DNA of 41,879 nt. It comes from a virus (lineage: Duplodnaviria > Caudoviricetes). A program made the position numbers and the translations under genes. Below, one piece after another: positions 1 to 8,519 of this stretch. The notes beneath the pieces are model-generated. The model worked only from the letters and a program-made list of their open reading frames with translations. It did not search any database and was not told the origin of the DNA. Positions within the stretch are counted from its first letter, which is position 1, and every line of letters begins with the position of its first letter. Location: positions 1-41,879 of the IMG/VR virus record IMGVR_UViG_3300020059_000003. One strand, 5' to 3'.

Positions 1-119
1 TTGGTGCTGGGATCAATTCATCCAACTTAACACACTTCAAGAATACAACTGGGCCATTACAGAACTTAAAAAATGGATTCAACCAAACGACAATCACCAT
101 CAAATACTCGACTAACACT

Positions 120-335
120 ATGCAAACTAACAAACGTCAACGACTCACAACAATAAAAATCCTGGGTATCCGAAATTCAATCATCAAAACTGATCTCGGC
201 TACATCAATCCCAAAATGAATCACCTCATCATCAAATCTCTCGGTGAATACCAACTCATCGATGATCGATTCATTGCTCGCACAGCACACCATCAATTCC
301 CTGAACTAAAGGAAAAATTCCATGCGATCATATAA
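120..335 (+). CDS. hypothetical early protein
   Basis: 71-aa ORF co-oriented with neighbours, A-rich upstream. Confidence 0.55.
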   Translation: MQTNKRQRLTTIKILGIRNSIIKTDLGYINPKMNHLIIKSLGEYQLIDDRFIARTAHHQFPELKEKFHAII

Positions 336-418
336 AAAAATCAAACGCATTAAAATCACATTTCCACATCCAACATTCTTCTGGATTTCTATCAAACACC
401 GCAAACCAATAATAACAT

Positions 419-787
419 ATGAAAACACAAACCATTGAACTTAAACTCGCATTAGCATTCATCTGGAATATACGACTTAAACTCCGTGCCGAAAGCAACA
501 AACTCCGTGCCGAAGGCGACAAACTCCGTGCCGAAGGCGACAAACTCTGGGCCGAAGGCAACAAACTCTGGGCCGAAAGCGACAAACTCCGTGCCGAAGG
601 CGACAAACTCCGTGCCGAAGGCAACGAACTCCGTGCCGAAGGCGACAAACTCTGTGCCGAAGGAGACAAACTCTGGGCCGAAGGAAACAAACTCTGGGCC
701 AAAGGTATCATATCTTTTATTGGTAATATCGAAATTAATTGGACCAACAATGGATGCAAAATCCAAAATATGGAATTTCTTAACTAA
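419..787 (+). CDS. Heptad-repeat (KL[RW]AEG[DN]) coiled-coil protein
   Basis: 11 tandem 7-aa units; AACAT-ATG start context like other genes. Confidence 0.8.
   Translation: MKTQTIELKLALAFIWNIRLKLRAESNKLRAEGDKLRAEGDKLWAEGNKLWAESDKLRAEGDKLRAEGNELRAEGDKLCAEGDKLWAEGNKLWAKGIISFIGNIEINWTNNGCKIQNMEFLN
479..706 (+). repeat. 21-bp coding tandem repeat, ~11 copies (AAACTCCGTGCCGAAGGCGAC-like)
   Basis: Directly visible, no spacers between units. Confidence 0.97.
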
Positions 788-819
788 CACCGCAAACCAA
801 CAATAAACTAAACAAACAT

Positions 820-1452
820 ATGGCAAAATCCAAAAAAGCAAAAATCCAAACAGTTCCCAGCATACCTGAAATGTATCGCACACTCAAACAAGATCCTACA
901 GTCACAAAAAACTGTATCGTGGAAGATGTTCATTTCCAATTCTTCAGGTTCAACCATCCATCAGAAAATCATATTGTCAAAGATGCTGTTCAAAATATCT
1001 GGCCAACCTTCGACAAGTTCGCTGAAACACCAAAAGCCCAGCTTCTCACATATCATGCTCAACTCTTCAAAAGCGAACCACCTGAAACCCAAGACCTCAC
1101 CATCACAGCACTTATGGTCTGGTATAAGCTCGCAGAAATAGCAACCAATCGGACCTTCAAAGCGCCAACAGATCCCATATCCGGAAAGAAATCCACAACC
1201 AGTGCATCCACCTACAAACTCGGATCCATTGTCACACCAGAACTTGGTCTCATCAAAACACCTCAAGCACTTGCATGTTACAAAATCTTTAAGGAAACTC
1301 TTGCAGCCAGGGACTTCATTACCGAGGCCGAACTCAAGGTTGCAGTAATCGCACGTGCTGGGGAACTCCGCACTCGTCAAGATCCGTGGCGTATCTTCCA
1401 ATACTATCGCCCCACACTCATCAAACTCCTTGTCCTTCGTCGCGAAGGATAA
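820..1452 (+). CDS. hypothetical protein with C-terminal putative DNA-binding (wHTH-like) domain
   Basis: 210-aa ORF; C-terminal PQ..C..EL..L.TRQ...RI..YY motif shared with 3181..3537. Confidence 0.75.
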   Translation: MAKSKKAKIQTVPSIPEMYRTLKQDPTVTKNCIVEDVHFQFFRFNHPSENHIVKDAVQNIWPTFDKFAETPKAQLLTYHAQLFKSEPPETQDLTITALMVWYKLAEIATNRTFKAPTDPISGKKSTTSASTYKLGSIVTPELGLIKTPQALACYKIFKETLAARDFITEAELKVAVIARAGELRTRQDPWRIFQYYRPTLIKLLVLRREG

Positions 1453-1495
1453 CATTCATCGGATCGAGGAAGTTACTAACTTTTTCCAACTTACT

Positions 1496-1885
1496 ATGAT
1501 TATACCAATTCTCGTAAACTTCATAATGGATGAAGAACAATGCGGATCAGTGTTCTGGACTGCTCACAACTTTCCATGGAACATTTATGCAACTCCTTTC
1601 TATGAAGACTCAAACAATCTCGAAATCTGCATCATGACTGCAGAAGGAGATACAATTCTCACCCATAGTTTACCATATCCATGGGCAAGCCACAAAGAAT
1701 ACTGGAATAAAGGCCAATTCCAATACGAAGACCGCGAACTTCGCATGTATATGGAATGGATGACACATAAACTTCCTGAAATCATACAATTCGGCATCGA
1801 CAGAGAAAATGGTAACAAACCACAAATTAGTCTTTCCGACCTTACACTAAATAAGATCCGCACGATACTCGAAGAAACCAAATGA
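1496..1885 (+). CDS. hypothetical protein
   Basis: Start moved from 1355 to ATG 1496 to avoid overlapping the previous gene; stop forms an ATGA overlap with the next ORF. Confidence 0.65.
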   Translation: MIIPILVNFIMDEEQCGSVFWTAHNFPWNIYATPFYEDSNNLEICIMTAEGDTILTHSLPYPWASHKEYWNKGQFQYEDRELRMYMEWMTHKLPEIIQFGIDRENGNKPQISLSDLTLNKIRTILEETK

Positions 1886-2034
1886 AAACAATCATCCAAA
1901 TAAGCATCACATTATGGACTCTAACACTCAAACTAAGAATCCTCGGAAAGAGTCCGAAGACCCACAAACAATTCGTAATCGCACAAAACAAAATGCATTA
2001 CGAAAACTCGCGACCTTATTCATCTGTCACGTAA
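1882..2034 (+). CDS. small hypothetical protein (50 aa, MKTIIQISITLW...)
   Basis: Translated by hand; ATGA coupling to the upstream gene; below the ORF-track cut-off. Confidence 0.4.
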   Translation: MKTIIQISITLWTLTLKLRILGKSPKTHKQFVIAQNKMHYENSRPYSSVT

Positions 2035-2079
2035 TCCTAATAATCCTCTGCTTCACTTGCAGAAACATACACAAATAAT

Positions 2080-2325
2080 ATGTGGCGAACTGAATACACA
2101 GTCGAAGGCATCGGACACTTTCCATTCGATATGCTTCGATACGACTGCAGTCATCCAATCTCCGATCATCTCGGATCAATCGGAAATTTCGAAGGAAAAG
2201 AACGCAGAACAATCAAACTCTGCAAATCTGTTCCTAAATCCTACCTTAAATCTTCCGCAGGACCAACCATCGATCGATGGAAATCCTTCGGATGGAAAGT
2301 CACCGAAGTAAACACAACACATTAA
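2080..2325 (+). CDS. conserved phage hypothetical protein
   Basis: TVEG.G.FPFDMLRYD...PT..RW.SFGW.V pattern recalled from other phage early genes. Confidence 0.75.
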   Translation: MWRTEYTVEGIGHFPFDMLRYDCSHPISDHLGSIGNFEGKERRTIKLCKSVPKSYLKSSAGPTIDRWKSFGWKVTEVNTTH

Positions 2326-2332
2326 CACTAAT

Positions 2333-2584
2333 ATGAACAAAACAACAAGGCCTATAGATCCAAACGCACAGCAACAAACAATACGTCTTCACTTCCCGAC
2401 TCCTATAAAACAAATCGATGAACAAATCATCGAAATCAAAGTTGAAGAACTTCCGTTTGGAATCTTCACCGATCAATTCATCAAACACCTCGCCGAAAGA
2501 ATTGGCACCGAAGCATGCTATACCAAACTCGATGAAATTGACCACAAACTCACACTCGACTCCATCTTAAGACAAGTTAAGTAA
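2333..2584 (+). CDS. hypothetical protein
   Basis: 83-aa ORF followed by a terminator. Confidence 0.7.
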   Translation: MNKTTRPIDPNAQQQTIRLHFPTPIKQIDEQIIEIKVEELPFGIFTDQFIKHLAERIGTEACYTKLDEIDHKLTLDSILRQVK

Positions 2585-2603
2585 CACCTTACCTCATCCC
2601 TCC

Positions 2604-2641
2604 AAGCCAGGAAGCCTCCAAGGTCTCCTGGCTTTCTTATT
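2604..2641 (+). terminator. intrinsic terminator ending the early operon
   Basis: AAGCCAGGA...TCCTGGCTT stem followed by TCTTATT. Confidence 0.75.
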
Positions 2642-2680
2642 GTCTATAATTCCGTTTACAAATAATTTCAGCTACTAAAT

Positions 2681-2721
2681 CAGCAGAATAATACGATTCC
2701 CAAAACAGCAGAATAATACGA
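2681..2721 (+). repeat. 16-bp direct repeat CAGCAGAATAATACGA x2 (2681-2696, 2706-2721)
   Basis: Exact intergenic repeat with 25-bp period. Confidence 0.85.
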
Positions 2722-2804
2722 GACCTAACGGGTCAACTTCAAGACTTGCACAACAACGGCATATCGACATCCCATTCCGCGCTGCAGAAATAGGCATTTT
2801 CTAG

Positions 2805-2833
2805 TTTACTTGTTACAAATCATATGTTATGTT
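2805..2833 (+). promoter_or_regulatory. sigma70-like promoter TTTACT-N17-TATGTT (extended -10 TG)
   Basis: Matches the GTTTAC[AT]-N17-TAnnnT pattern recurring in this genome. Confidence 0.55.
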
Positions 2834-2841
2834 GTATGCAT

Positions 2842-3063
2842 ATGAGTGAACGAAATGTAAATGTATCTGAGTCGCCCAAAACAGGCAATATACTCCTTGA
2901 GTTTCGAGATGATCTTGAACTCAGACATATCCTTGATTGGGATACCATGACAGCTATTAAATTGGGACAACAAGCTAGGTGCGCAATCGCACTTGGAATC
3001 GTCATAGCGGATTGGGTGATCCTGGGCAAGGTTCCGCCGCTTTCTTCGTTTATTAAATCGTAA
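2842..3063 (+). CDS. hypothetical protein
   Basis: MSERNV... start just downstream of the predicted promoter. Confidence 0.6.
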   Translation: MSERNVNVSESPKTGNILLEFRDDLELRHILDWDTMTAIKLGQQARCAIALGIVIADWVILGKVPPLSSFIKS

Positions 3064-3094
3064 CAGGAAAATGCATAATTGCATCAATTCCAAG

Positions 3095-3123
3095 TTTACA
3101 AATCAATTTACAGGCTCTATAGT
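3095..3123 (+). promoter_or_regulatory. sigma70-like promoter TTTACA-N17-TATAGT
   Basis: Near-consensus hexamers with 17-bp spacer. Confidence 0.7.
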
Positions 3124-3180
3124 GAGCATTGTAAGATAAGTGTGGCAATTACGCCCGCTTAAAACAGAAAGAACAAACAT

Positions 3181-3537
3181 ATGGCAAAAGCAAAACAAAC
3201 AAAGACTGCTCCGGAAGCCGCTGATACTTCCAAGGCCCCTGCTGGTGAATCCATCGCCGCAAAGGCGGAACGCAATGCGAATGACCGATTCACTCGCGTA
3301 TTCGGCAAAGACGGCAAAGCAGTTGTGCCGACTGGCAAAGTGCCTCCTCAAGTGGCATGCATCCTCAACGTTCTTGAAGCTGCTGGTCCTGAAGGTCTCA
3401 TGCGCGAAGAGCTGAGCAAGAACCTCAAGGGAGTGCTTGTTACTCGTCAACCTGAAAGTCGCATTGTGACCTATTACCAGAAGCTCATGGTTGAGTCTGG
3501 AGCAGTCACTCGCACTACTGGTGCTCCTGCGGCGTAA
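3181..3537 (+). CDS. putative DNA-binding protein (domain paralogous to C-terminus of 820..1452)
   Basis: Own promoter and terminator; Ala/Lys-rich N-tail; PQ..C..EL..L.TRQ...RI..YY motif. Confidence 0.8.
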   Translation: MAKAKQTKTAPEAADTSKAPAGESIAAKAERNANDRFTRVFGKDGKAVVPTGKVPPQVACILNVLEAAGPEGLMREELSKNLKGVLVTRQPESRIVTYYQKLMVESGAVTRTTGAPAA

Positions 3538-3546
3538 CCAATCAAC

Positions 3547-3590
3547 GACGAGTCTTCCGGGACCTCATCTCGGGAGACCGTCTTATTTAT
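3547..3590 (+). terminator. probable intrinsic terminator
   Basis: GTCTTCCGGGA/TCTCGGGAGAC stem (with G-U pairs) followed by TTTATTT. Confidence 0.6.
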
Positions 3591-3815
3591 ATGCCTCCGA
3601 CAAATGTAAAAATTTCTGAGCTCTTTCGAGTCACTCGCAGGATGGAGCTTGTCAAGCGGTCCTTCAAATGTAAAAAGTGGGAATCCAAGCAAGATCAGAT
3701 CGAATATGGTCGCTTGGTCGAGGAATCTCTCTATGAAATGTCAATAACACATAAACCTGCATCACCTGTCGCATCTATAAGCAACGGAGTTGATGCGGGA
3801 TTAAATAAGTCATAA
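3591..3815 (+). CDS. hypothetical protein
   Basis: 74-aa ORF only. Confidence 0.45.
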   Translation: MPPTNVKISELFRVTRRMELVKRSFKCKKWESKQDQIEYGRLVEESLYEMSITHKPASPVASISNGVDAGLNKS

Positions 3816-3850
3816 TAACACATAGTCAAATTTATCCCGTAACTCATATG
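3798..3850 (+). promoter_or_regulatory. 53-bp repeated upstream element, copy 1
   Basis: 41/53 ungapped identity to 15645-15697; both end at an ATG. Confidence 0.75.
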
Positions 3851-4006
3851 AAATACGAAGAATATCGACGCCGCGTTTTGGAGTGGTTGTGGCACTATAC
3901 AACCCTTGACACATGGTTTTACACTGAGAAAGCTCTCAAACTCCAAATGGAAAATGAAATATCTGCTGAGGATTCCGCCCTCGCAATTATCGCTGGAGGA
4001 GTATGA
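3848..4006 (+). CDS. small hypothetical protein (52 aa, MKYEEYRRRVLEWLW...)
   Basis: Translated by hand; ATGA overlap with the ligase start. Confidence 0.7.
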   Translation: MKYEEYRRRVLEWLWHYTTLDTWFYTEKALKLQMENEISAEDSALAIIAGGV

Positions 4007-4968
4007 ACTTCCGCCCCATTCTTGGTGTCGCATATGAGAAACTTAAGTCAGTAAAGTTCCCTGTTATCGCTTCATCAAAGATCGATGGCATTAGGTGTTT
4101 AACACTTGATCGAGCAGATGGTCCCAATGTTCTTTGTCTTCCAGTTTGTCGTAGTCTGAAACCTATTCCCAACATTGAGATCAGAACCAAGATGGGGATA
4201 ATGCTTTCACCTGGTCTTGATGGTGAGCTTGTAACTTATACAAACGGGAAACTTGATCCATTCTATGGGGTTGGTGGAATCCAATCCAAGATTATGGCGC
4301 ATAACTGGCATAATGTCGAATTTAAGTTAATGGTGTTCGATTATTGTCACCATTTAGGTTTTCCTCACGTAGGGTTTACTCAACGTCTTCGAGACTTAAA
4401 TAATTGGCATTCCAGTCAATATCTTACAATGATTCACATCCTTGAACAGCACACTTGTAACAATTTGGAGGAGTTGGAGGAGTTTGAAGCACGATGCGTT
4501 GCGGAGGGGCATGAGGGCATCTGTTTCAGAACCCCTGACTCCCCCTACAAGTTTGGTAGATCATCTCCCAAAGAACAATACCTCGTGAAAATGAAAAGGT
4601 TTCAGACATCCGAAGCGGAAGTAATTGGGGTGTATGAAGAGATGGCTAATAATAACCCGACATCTCTTAATGCCTTAGGATATGCGGAAAGATCATCTCA
4701 TAAGAAACAAATGGTGGGGAAAGGTACCCTTGGGGGTCTGGAAGTTCGGACCCCCGAGGGCGTCGAGTTCAGTATTGGAAGTGGGTTCAATGCTATCCAG
4801 CGTGATGAATTCTGGAAGTTATCTCCTACACTTATTGGGAAGATTGTTCAATACAAGCATCAACCGCATGGAGCAGCAGAAAAGCCTCGTATACCAATTT
4901 TTCTTGGGTTTCGTGATTCACGAGACATGAGTCCCATAACAAAGAAACAACAGGAATTAGACATATGA
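4003..4968 (+). CDS. lig: ATP-dependent DNA ligase
   Basis: KIDGIR motif I, LDGEL, VFD, EGICFR, LVKMK, OB-fold IGSGF and PRIPIF. Confidence 0.95.
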   Translation: MNFRPILGVAYEKLKSVKFPVIASSKIDGIRCLTLDRADGPNVLCLPVCRSLKPIPNIEIRTKMGIMLSPGLDGELVTYTNGKLDPFYGVGGIQSKIMAHNWHNVEFKLMVFDYCHHLGFPHVGFTQRLRDLNNWHSSQYLTMIHILEQHTCNNLEELEEFEARCVAEGHEGICFRTPDSPYKFGRSSPKEQYLVKMKRFQTSEAEVIGVYEEMANNNPTSLNALGYAERSSHKKQMVGKGTLGGLEVRTPEGVEFSIGSGFNAIQRDEFWKLSPTLIGKIVQYKHQPHGAAEKPRIPIFLGFRDSRDMSPITKKQQELDI

Positions 4969-5345
4969 GTAAGAAAACACAAGTAAAAGTATTCGAGAAT
5001 GAAGCACTTTCCACACTAGCGGGAGAACTTGAAGCGCACATACTTACTGGAGATATTGTTCCAGTAGGATTATATCATATCGTAAGTGCCACAACATCAG
5101 GGTTTGTGAAGCATGTTGTGGTGCTGGAATATGAAGAAGGTGAGACAGCGTCCAAAAAGGAAATCCTGTCACTGCAGACTAATACGCTTCAGAAGTTTGA
5201 ACATGCAATTCAAGAGTCCCGTGCTGTGAAAGGAAGTTTAGAAGAGCATTTAGCATGCTACAATGTCATGATGCTTGGTCACGGCATATGCTATTACACA
5301 CTCCTCGTGTATCGTGAGTGGATTCCATCAAAGTCTAAGTCGTAA
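4965..5345 (+). CDS. hypothetical protein
   Basis: 126 aa, ATGA-coupled to the ligase. Confidence 0.7.
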   Translation: MSKKTQVKVFENEALSTLAGELEAHILTGDIVPVGLYHIVSATTSGFVKHVVVLEYEEGETASKKEILSLQTNTLQKFEHAIQESRAVKGSLEEHLACYNVMMLGHGICYYTLLVYREWIPSKSKS

Positions 5346-5354
5346 ACAATTTCG

Positions 5355-5383
5355 TTTACTAATGTAAATTCGGATGATACTAT
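5355..5383 (+). promoter_or_regulatory. promoter TTTACT-N17-TACTAT with extended -10; leaderless geometry
   Basis: TGaTACTAT ends at 5383; ATG at 5390. Confidence 0.7.
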
Positions 5384-5389
5384 AATTAT

Positions 5390-5587
5390 ATGAGTATGCA
5401 ACACACACCAGTCAATAGCTCAATGATTCAGTCTGTGGGACATGACCCAGAGACTCTAGTCATGGAAGTCAAGTTCAAAAGCGGAAAAACTTATCCATAT
5501 CAGAATGTTGATGTGGAAGAGTTTGAAGCATTACGAGATGCACCCTCAGTGGGAAAGCATTTCAATGAGTTTTGGAGGGAACGGTGA
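5390..5587 (+). CDS. KTSC domain protein
   Basis: PV.SS.I.SVGHD.....EV.F.SG..Y.Y..V.......L..APS.GK.FN is the KTSC signature. Confidence 0.9.
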   Translation: MSMQHTPVNSSMIQSVGHDPETLVMEVKFKSGKTYPYQNVDVEEFEALRDAPSVGKHFNEFWRER

Positions 5588-6474
5588 ATGCTCGAGGAAA
5601 ATCCGTCGACAAAACTTATCTTTCAGTGGATCAAGCTGAAAAAAGGGGTTTCATACATCGTGACTATCTCGCCCACTGTTTGAGGTGGTCTCATGTATGT
5701 AAATGTCTCTACCAGAAGAAATTATACGAGTCCGCCATCATCCTCGACGTTGGATGCGGACGAGAACTCCCTATGGCAAAGATGCTGTATTCTTCTCGCC
5801 TCATTCCTCGTCACTACTTTGGTGTGGACGTGGGTCCTCATGCGGATCAGGCGTGTCGCGCAATAGGGAATGGTAAGTTCCCACATACTGTGTTCGAGAA
5901 CACGAATCTATTGGAACTGCAAATCAAGGATATTTGTGAGGTGAGTAATCGAGTTCAAGAGTGGGGAAAAGATGTTGCACCCAACATTGTCACTTGCTTT
6001 GAAGTTCTCGAACACGTGGAACCCAAAATGATGATCGCGATGCTCAAGCATCTACGAGCCATAACGTCTGACGACTGTCGATTCTTCTTTAGCACCCCCT
6101 GCTGGAATCGAATTGACTGTGCGGACAATCACGTAAATGAGATGACTTACGAAGCACTTGGTTCTGTATTCGAAAGATGCGGATTTATTATCCAGAACGT
6201 ATATGGAACATTCGCAAGCATTCGAGATTATGAAACGCAACCTTACATGATGCAGTATCAGAAATTATTTCAAGAGCTCCGAGCTTATTACGACTCAAAC
6301 TTTTTGTCCTGCATCTTTGCTCCACTATTCCCAGCTCAAAGCAGAAATTGCCTGTGGGAATTAAAGAAAAACAAAACGGGAGAACCAATTCTCGATGGGA
6401 AGTTCAAACTACTAACAGCACAACCTGAGCCTTGGGGCTCATCAACACTATGGAGGGAAATGTGGCAACCATGA
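5584..6474 (+). CDS. class I SAM-dependent methyltransferase
   Basis: ILDVGCG motif I, YFGVD, CFEVLEHV, FFSTP; GTG start overlapping the KTSC stop. Confidence 0.88.
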   Translation: MNARGKSVDKTYLSVDQAEKRGFIHRDYLAHCLRWSHVCKCLYQKKLYESAIILDVGCGRELPMAKMLYSSRLIPRHYFGVDVGPHADQACRAIGNGKFPHTVFENTNLLELQIKDICEVSNRVQEWGKDVAPNIVTCFEVLEHVEPKMMIAMLKHLRAITSDDCRFFFSTPCWNRIDCADNHVNEMTYEALGSVFERCGFIIQNVYGTFASIRDYETQPYMMQYQKLFQELRAYYDSNFLSCIFAPLFPAQSRNCLWELKKNKTGEPILDGKFKLLTAQPEPWGSSTLWREMWQP

Positions 6475-7004
6475 CTGATAAGCAAGGAATAAAACATAAT
6501 CTTTTAATCTTACGAAGAGATGGTATTCCAGGATTTTTTGTATGCATGTCCGATCAATGTAAAGAACCTATCTCTGTGTATCGTGGAGATATTATTGGAT
6601 GGGAAGAACCAAAAGTAATTCCCAATGTTTTTCAAGATGTAGTAGATTTTCATAAGAAATATGGAATCCAATATGATGGTCCACCGCGTCGTCTTCCTAA
6701 AGATGTCGAAGTGTTTCGTGATGCACGACTTGTGGAAGAACTTGAAGAGATTCAAGATGCGTATGTTCACCAAGATATGACTGGAGTGCTTGATGGATTC
6801 GTTGATCTTATTTACATTGCACTTGGAACATTGCACTTACATGGTTACGATTTCAATGAAGCATGGAAACGTGTTCAGCAAGCAAACATGTCGAAAGAGC
6901 GAGCATCAAACAAAAACCCTGGAAAGTATCAGAAACTGGGGTGCAATCAAGATATTGTAAAACCTTTAGGATGGGTCGCTCCTGATTTGAAAGATTTGGT
7001 ATGA
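6471..7004 (+). CDS. MazG-like / PRA-PH family NTP pyrophosphohydrolase
   Basis: V.DFH..YG, EELEE, D.FVDLIYIALG, V..ANMSK, KP.GW..PDL. Confidence 0.88.
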   Translation: MTDKQGIKHNLLILRRDGIPGFFVCMSDQCKEPISVYRGDIIGWEEPKVIPNVFQDVVDFHKKYGIQYDGPPRRLPKDVEVFRDARLVEELEEIQDAYVHQDMTGVLDGFVDLIYIALGTLHLHGYDFNEAWKRVQQANMSKERASNKNPGKYQKLGCNQDIVKPLGWVAPDLKDLV

Positions 7005-7540
7005 GTCGTTTGTTTATCATCGAAGGTGCAGATTGCACTGGTAAGTCTACCCTTGCACGATACATGTCAAGAACTCTTCAAGCAGCTTATATGCATGCAT
7101 GTGGAAAACAATCTCTCCATACTGCAATGGAAGATTACCACATGAGTATACTTGACAATGTGCGAGTATGCTTGGATAGTAATATCCACGTAATTCTTGA
7201 TCGTCATTGGCCATCCGAATGGTGTTATGGACGAACCCTCAGAATGCATATCTCCGCTGGATACAGATATTCAAATATCTGGGAAAAATTATCTGACATG
7301 GATCCGCATTATGTCTTTTGTTTCAGAAACAATGCACATGATATTCAAGTAAGTTCTCCAGACAACGATCATCCATATTGCAGTTCTGATTATGCACAAG
7401 TGTATGGCGAATATAAAGCACTCTGCACAGACATGGAACTTGGAAAGATATTCGCAATTGATAAGCCACGAATCACTCGACACCAGTTCGAGGAATGGAA
7501 AGATAAGCCAGGTGAGTTTATTGAAAAGGTAATGGTATGA
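7001..7540 (+). CDS. P-loop dNMP kinase-like protein
   Basis: IIEGADCTGKST Walker A and LDRHWPSE (thymidylate-kinase-like DR motif). Confidence 0.85.
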   Translation: MSRLFIIEGADCTGKSTLARYMSRTLQAAYMHACGKQSLHTAMEDYHMSILDNVRVCLDSNIHVILDRHWPSEWCYGRTLRMHISAGYRYSNIWEKLSDMDPHYVFCFRNNAHDIQVSSPDNDHPYCSSDYAQVYGEYKALCTDMELGKIFAIDKPRITRHQFEEWKDKPGEFIEKVMV

Positions 7541-8361
7541 TCTCTGCAAATGATGCTTGGAGAAGGATACTTGATGAAGTTTCTCTTGGAGCAATTGTTA
7601 CTCCACGAGGAATCGAAACTAGGGAACTTCTTGCTTATCAATCCAGGGTTTGGATGGGTTCCCCGTTACTCACTGTGAGTGAAAGAAATTTGAGTTATAG
7701 ATTCGCCGCTGCTGAAGCATTGTGGATTCTTACTGGAGATAATCGACTTGGTCCACTGATCAATCACGCTCCAAGCTATGGTCGATTTTCAGATGATGGT
7801 CGAACTCTCGATGGTGCATATGGTCCTGAAGTTGTAACTCAATTAAGATATGTCGTAGATTGCTTATGTCTAGAATCTCAGACCAGACAAGCCGTTCTTA
7901 CTATATGGAGAAAGAATCCTCGTCCAAGTAAAGATATACCGTGCACAATTTCTATGCAGTTTCTTTTACGAGCAAACTTACTACACTGTGTAGTGAATAT
8001 GCGATCTTCTGATTCGTGGCTTGGATGGCCATACGACATATTCAGTTTCACAATGATCGCATCTTATGTGGGATTGCTTTATACTAAAAACATGAATTGT
8101 CCGATACAACTTGGAATGCTCACACTGAATTCTGGTTCCCAACATATTTATCAAAGTAATTATGAGAAAGTCGCAAAGATCATTAGTCGAGCCACAATGG
8201 AGCGGGATATTTCAACCTATGTATTGACACACCTTAATTCACCCGATCACCTATTGGTATGCCTAGGAAATGTTAGGGATACCCCTAATAAGTCATGTCA
8301 TGTCAAATTCTTTGACGATATGGGAAGTATGGTTTCAATTAAAGAAGGAATTCCAACATGA
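7537..8361 (+). CDS. thymidylate-synthase-fold enzyme, probable dCMP hydroxymethylase/methylase
   Basis: PRG, AYG, TRQA, catalytic DIPC, MRSSD..LGWPYD, SQHIY; Asp at the E. coli ThyA Asn177 position. Confidence 0.85.
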   Translation: MISANDAWRRILDEVSLGAIVTPRGIETRELLAYQSRVWMGSPLLTVSERNLSYRFAAAEALWILTGDNRLGPLINHAPSYGRFSDDGRTLDGAYGPEVVTQLRYVVDCLCLESQTRQAVLTIWRKNPRPSKDIPCTISMQFLLRANLLHCVVNMRSSDSWLGWPYDIFSFTMIASYVGLLYTKNMNCPIQLGMLTLNSGSQHIYQSNYEKVAKIISRATMERDISTYVLTHLNSPDHLLVCLGNVRDTPNKSCHVKFFDDMGSMVSIKEGIPT

Positions 8362-8519
8362 CTATTCCTTGCAAGAAATGTAAGATGAAAACGCTTTACG
8401 ATGATACTCGTGATGGATGGTGTTTGCAATGCATTTGGGAAAAGATGAAACGATTGGAAAAACAGATTAAGAAACTTACTAAGGAGAATCAAGCTTTTAG
8501 ATCGGCATCACTCAGATGA
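8358..8519 (+). CDS. small Zn-finger / coiled-coil protein (53 aa)
   Basis: MTIPCKKC...WCLQC; ATGA overlaps at both ends; absent from the ORF track. Confidence 0.75.
   Translation: MTIPCKKCKMKTLYDDTRDGWCLQCIWEKMKRLEKQIKKLTKENQAFRSASLR

Larger units (their letters stand above)
395..806 (+). repeat. Direct repeat AACACCGCAAACCAAYAATAA (395-415 and 786-806) upstream of consecutive early genes
   Basis: 20/21 identical; each copy lies just 5' of an ATG (419, 820). Confidence 0.8.

Noticed and set aside
479-706. Possible CRISPR array
   Set aside because: The units are contiguous with no unique spacers and are in-frame coding.
328-883. Alternative-frame and antisense ORFs (328-759, 452-883, 486-806)
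   Set aside because: These are shadows of the stop-free 21-bp repeat; they oppose or overlap the better-supported gene.
5584-6474. Restriction-modification DNA methyltransferase
   Set aside because: No PC or (D/N/S)PP(Y/F) catalytic motif; it looks like a small-molecule class I methyltransferase.
7537-8361. Canonical thyA
   Set aside because: Asp replaces the dUMP-specifying Asn, and the kinase/MazG context suggests modification; gene symbol withheld.
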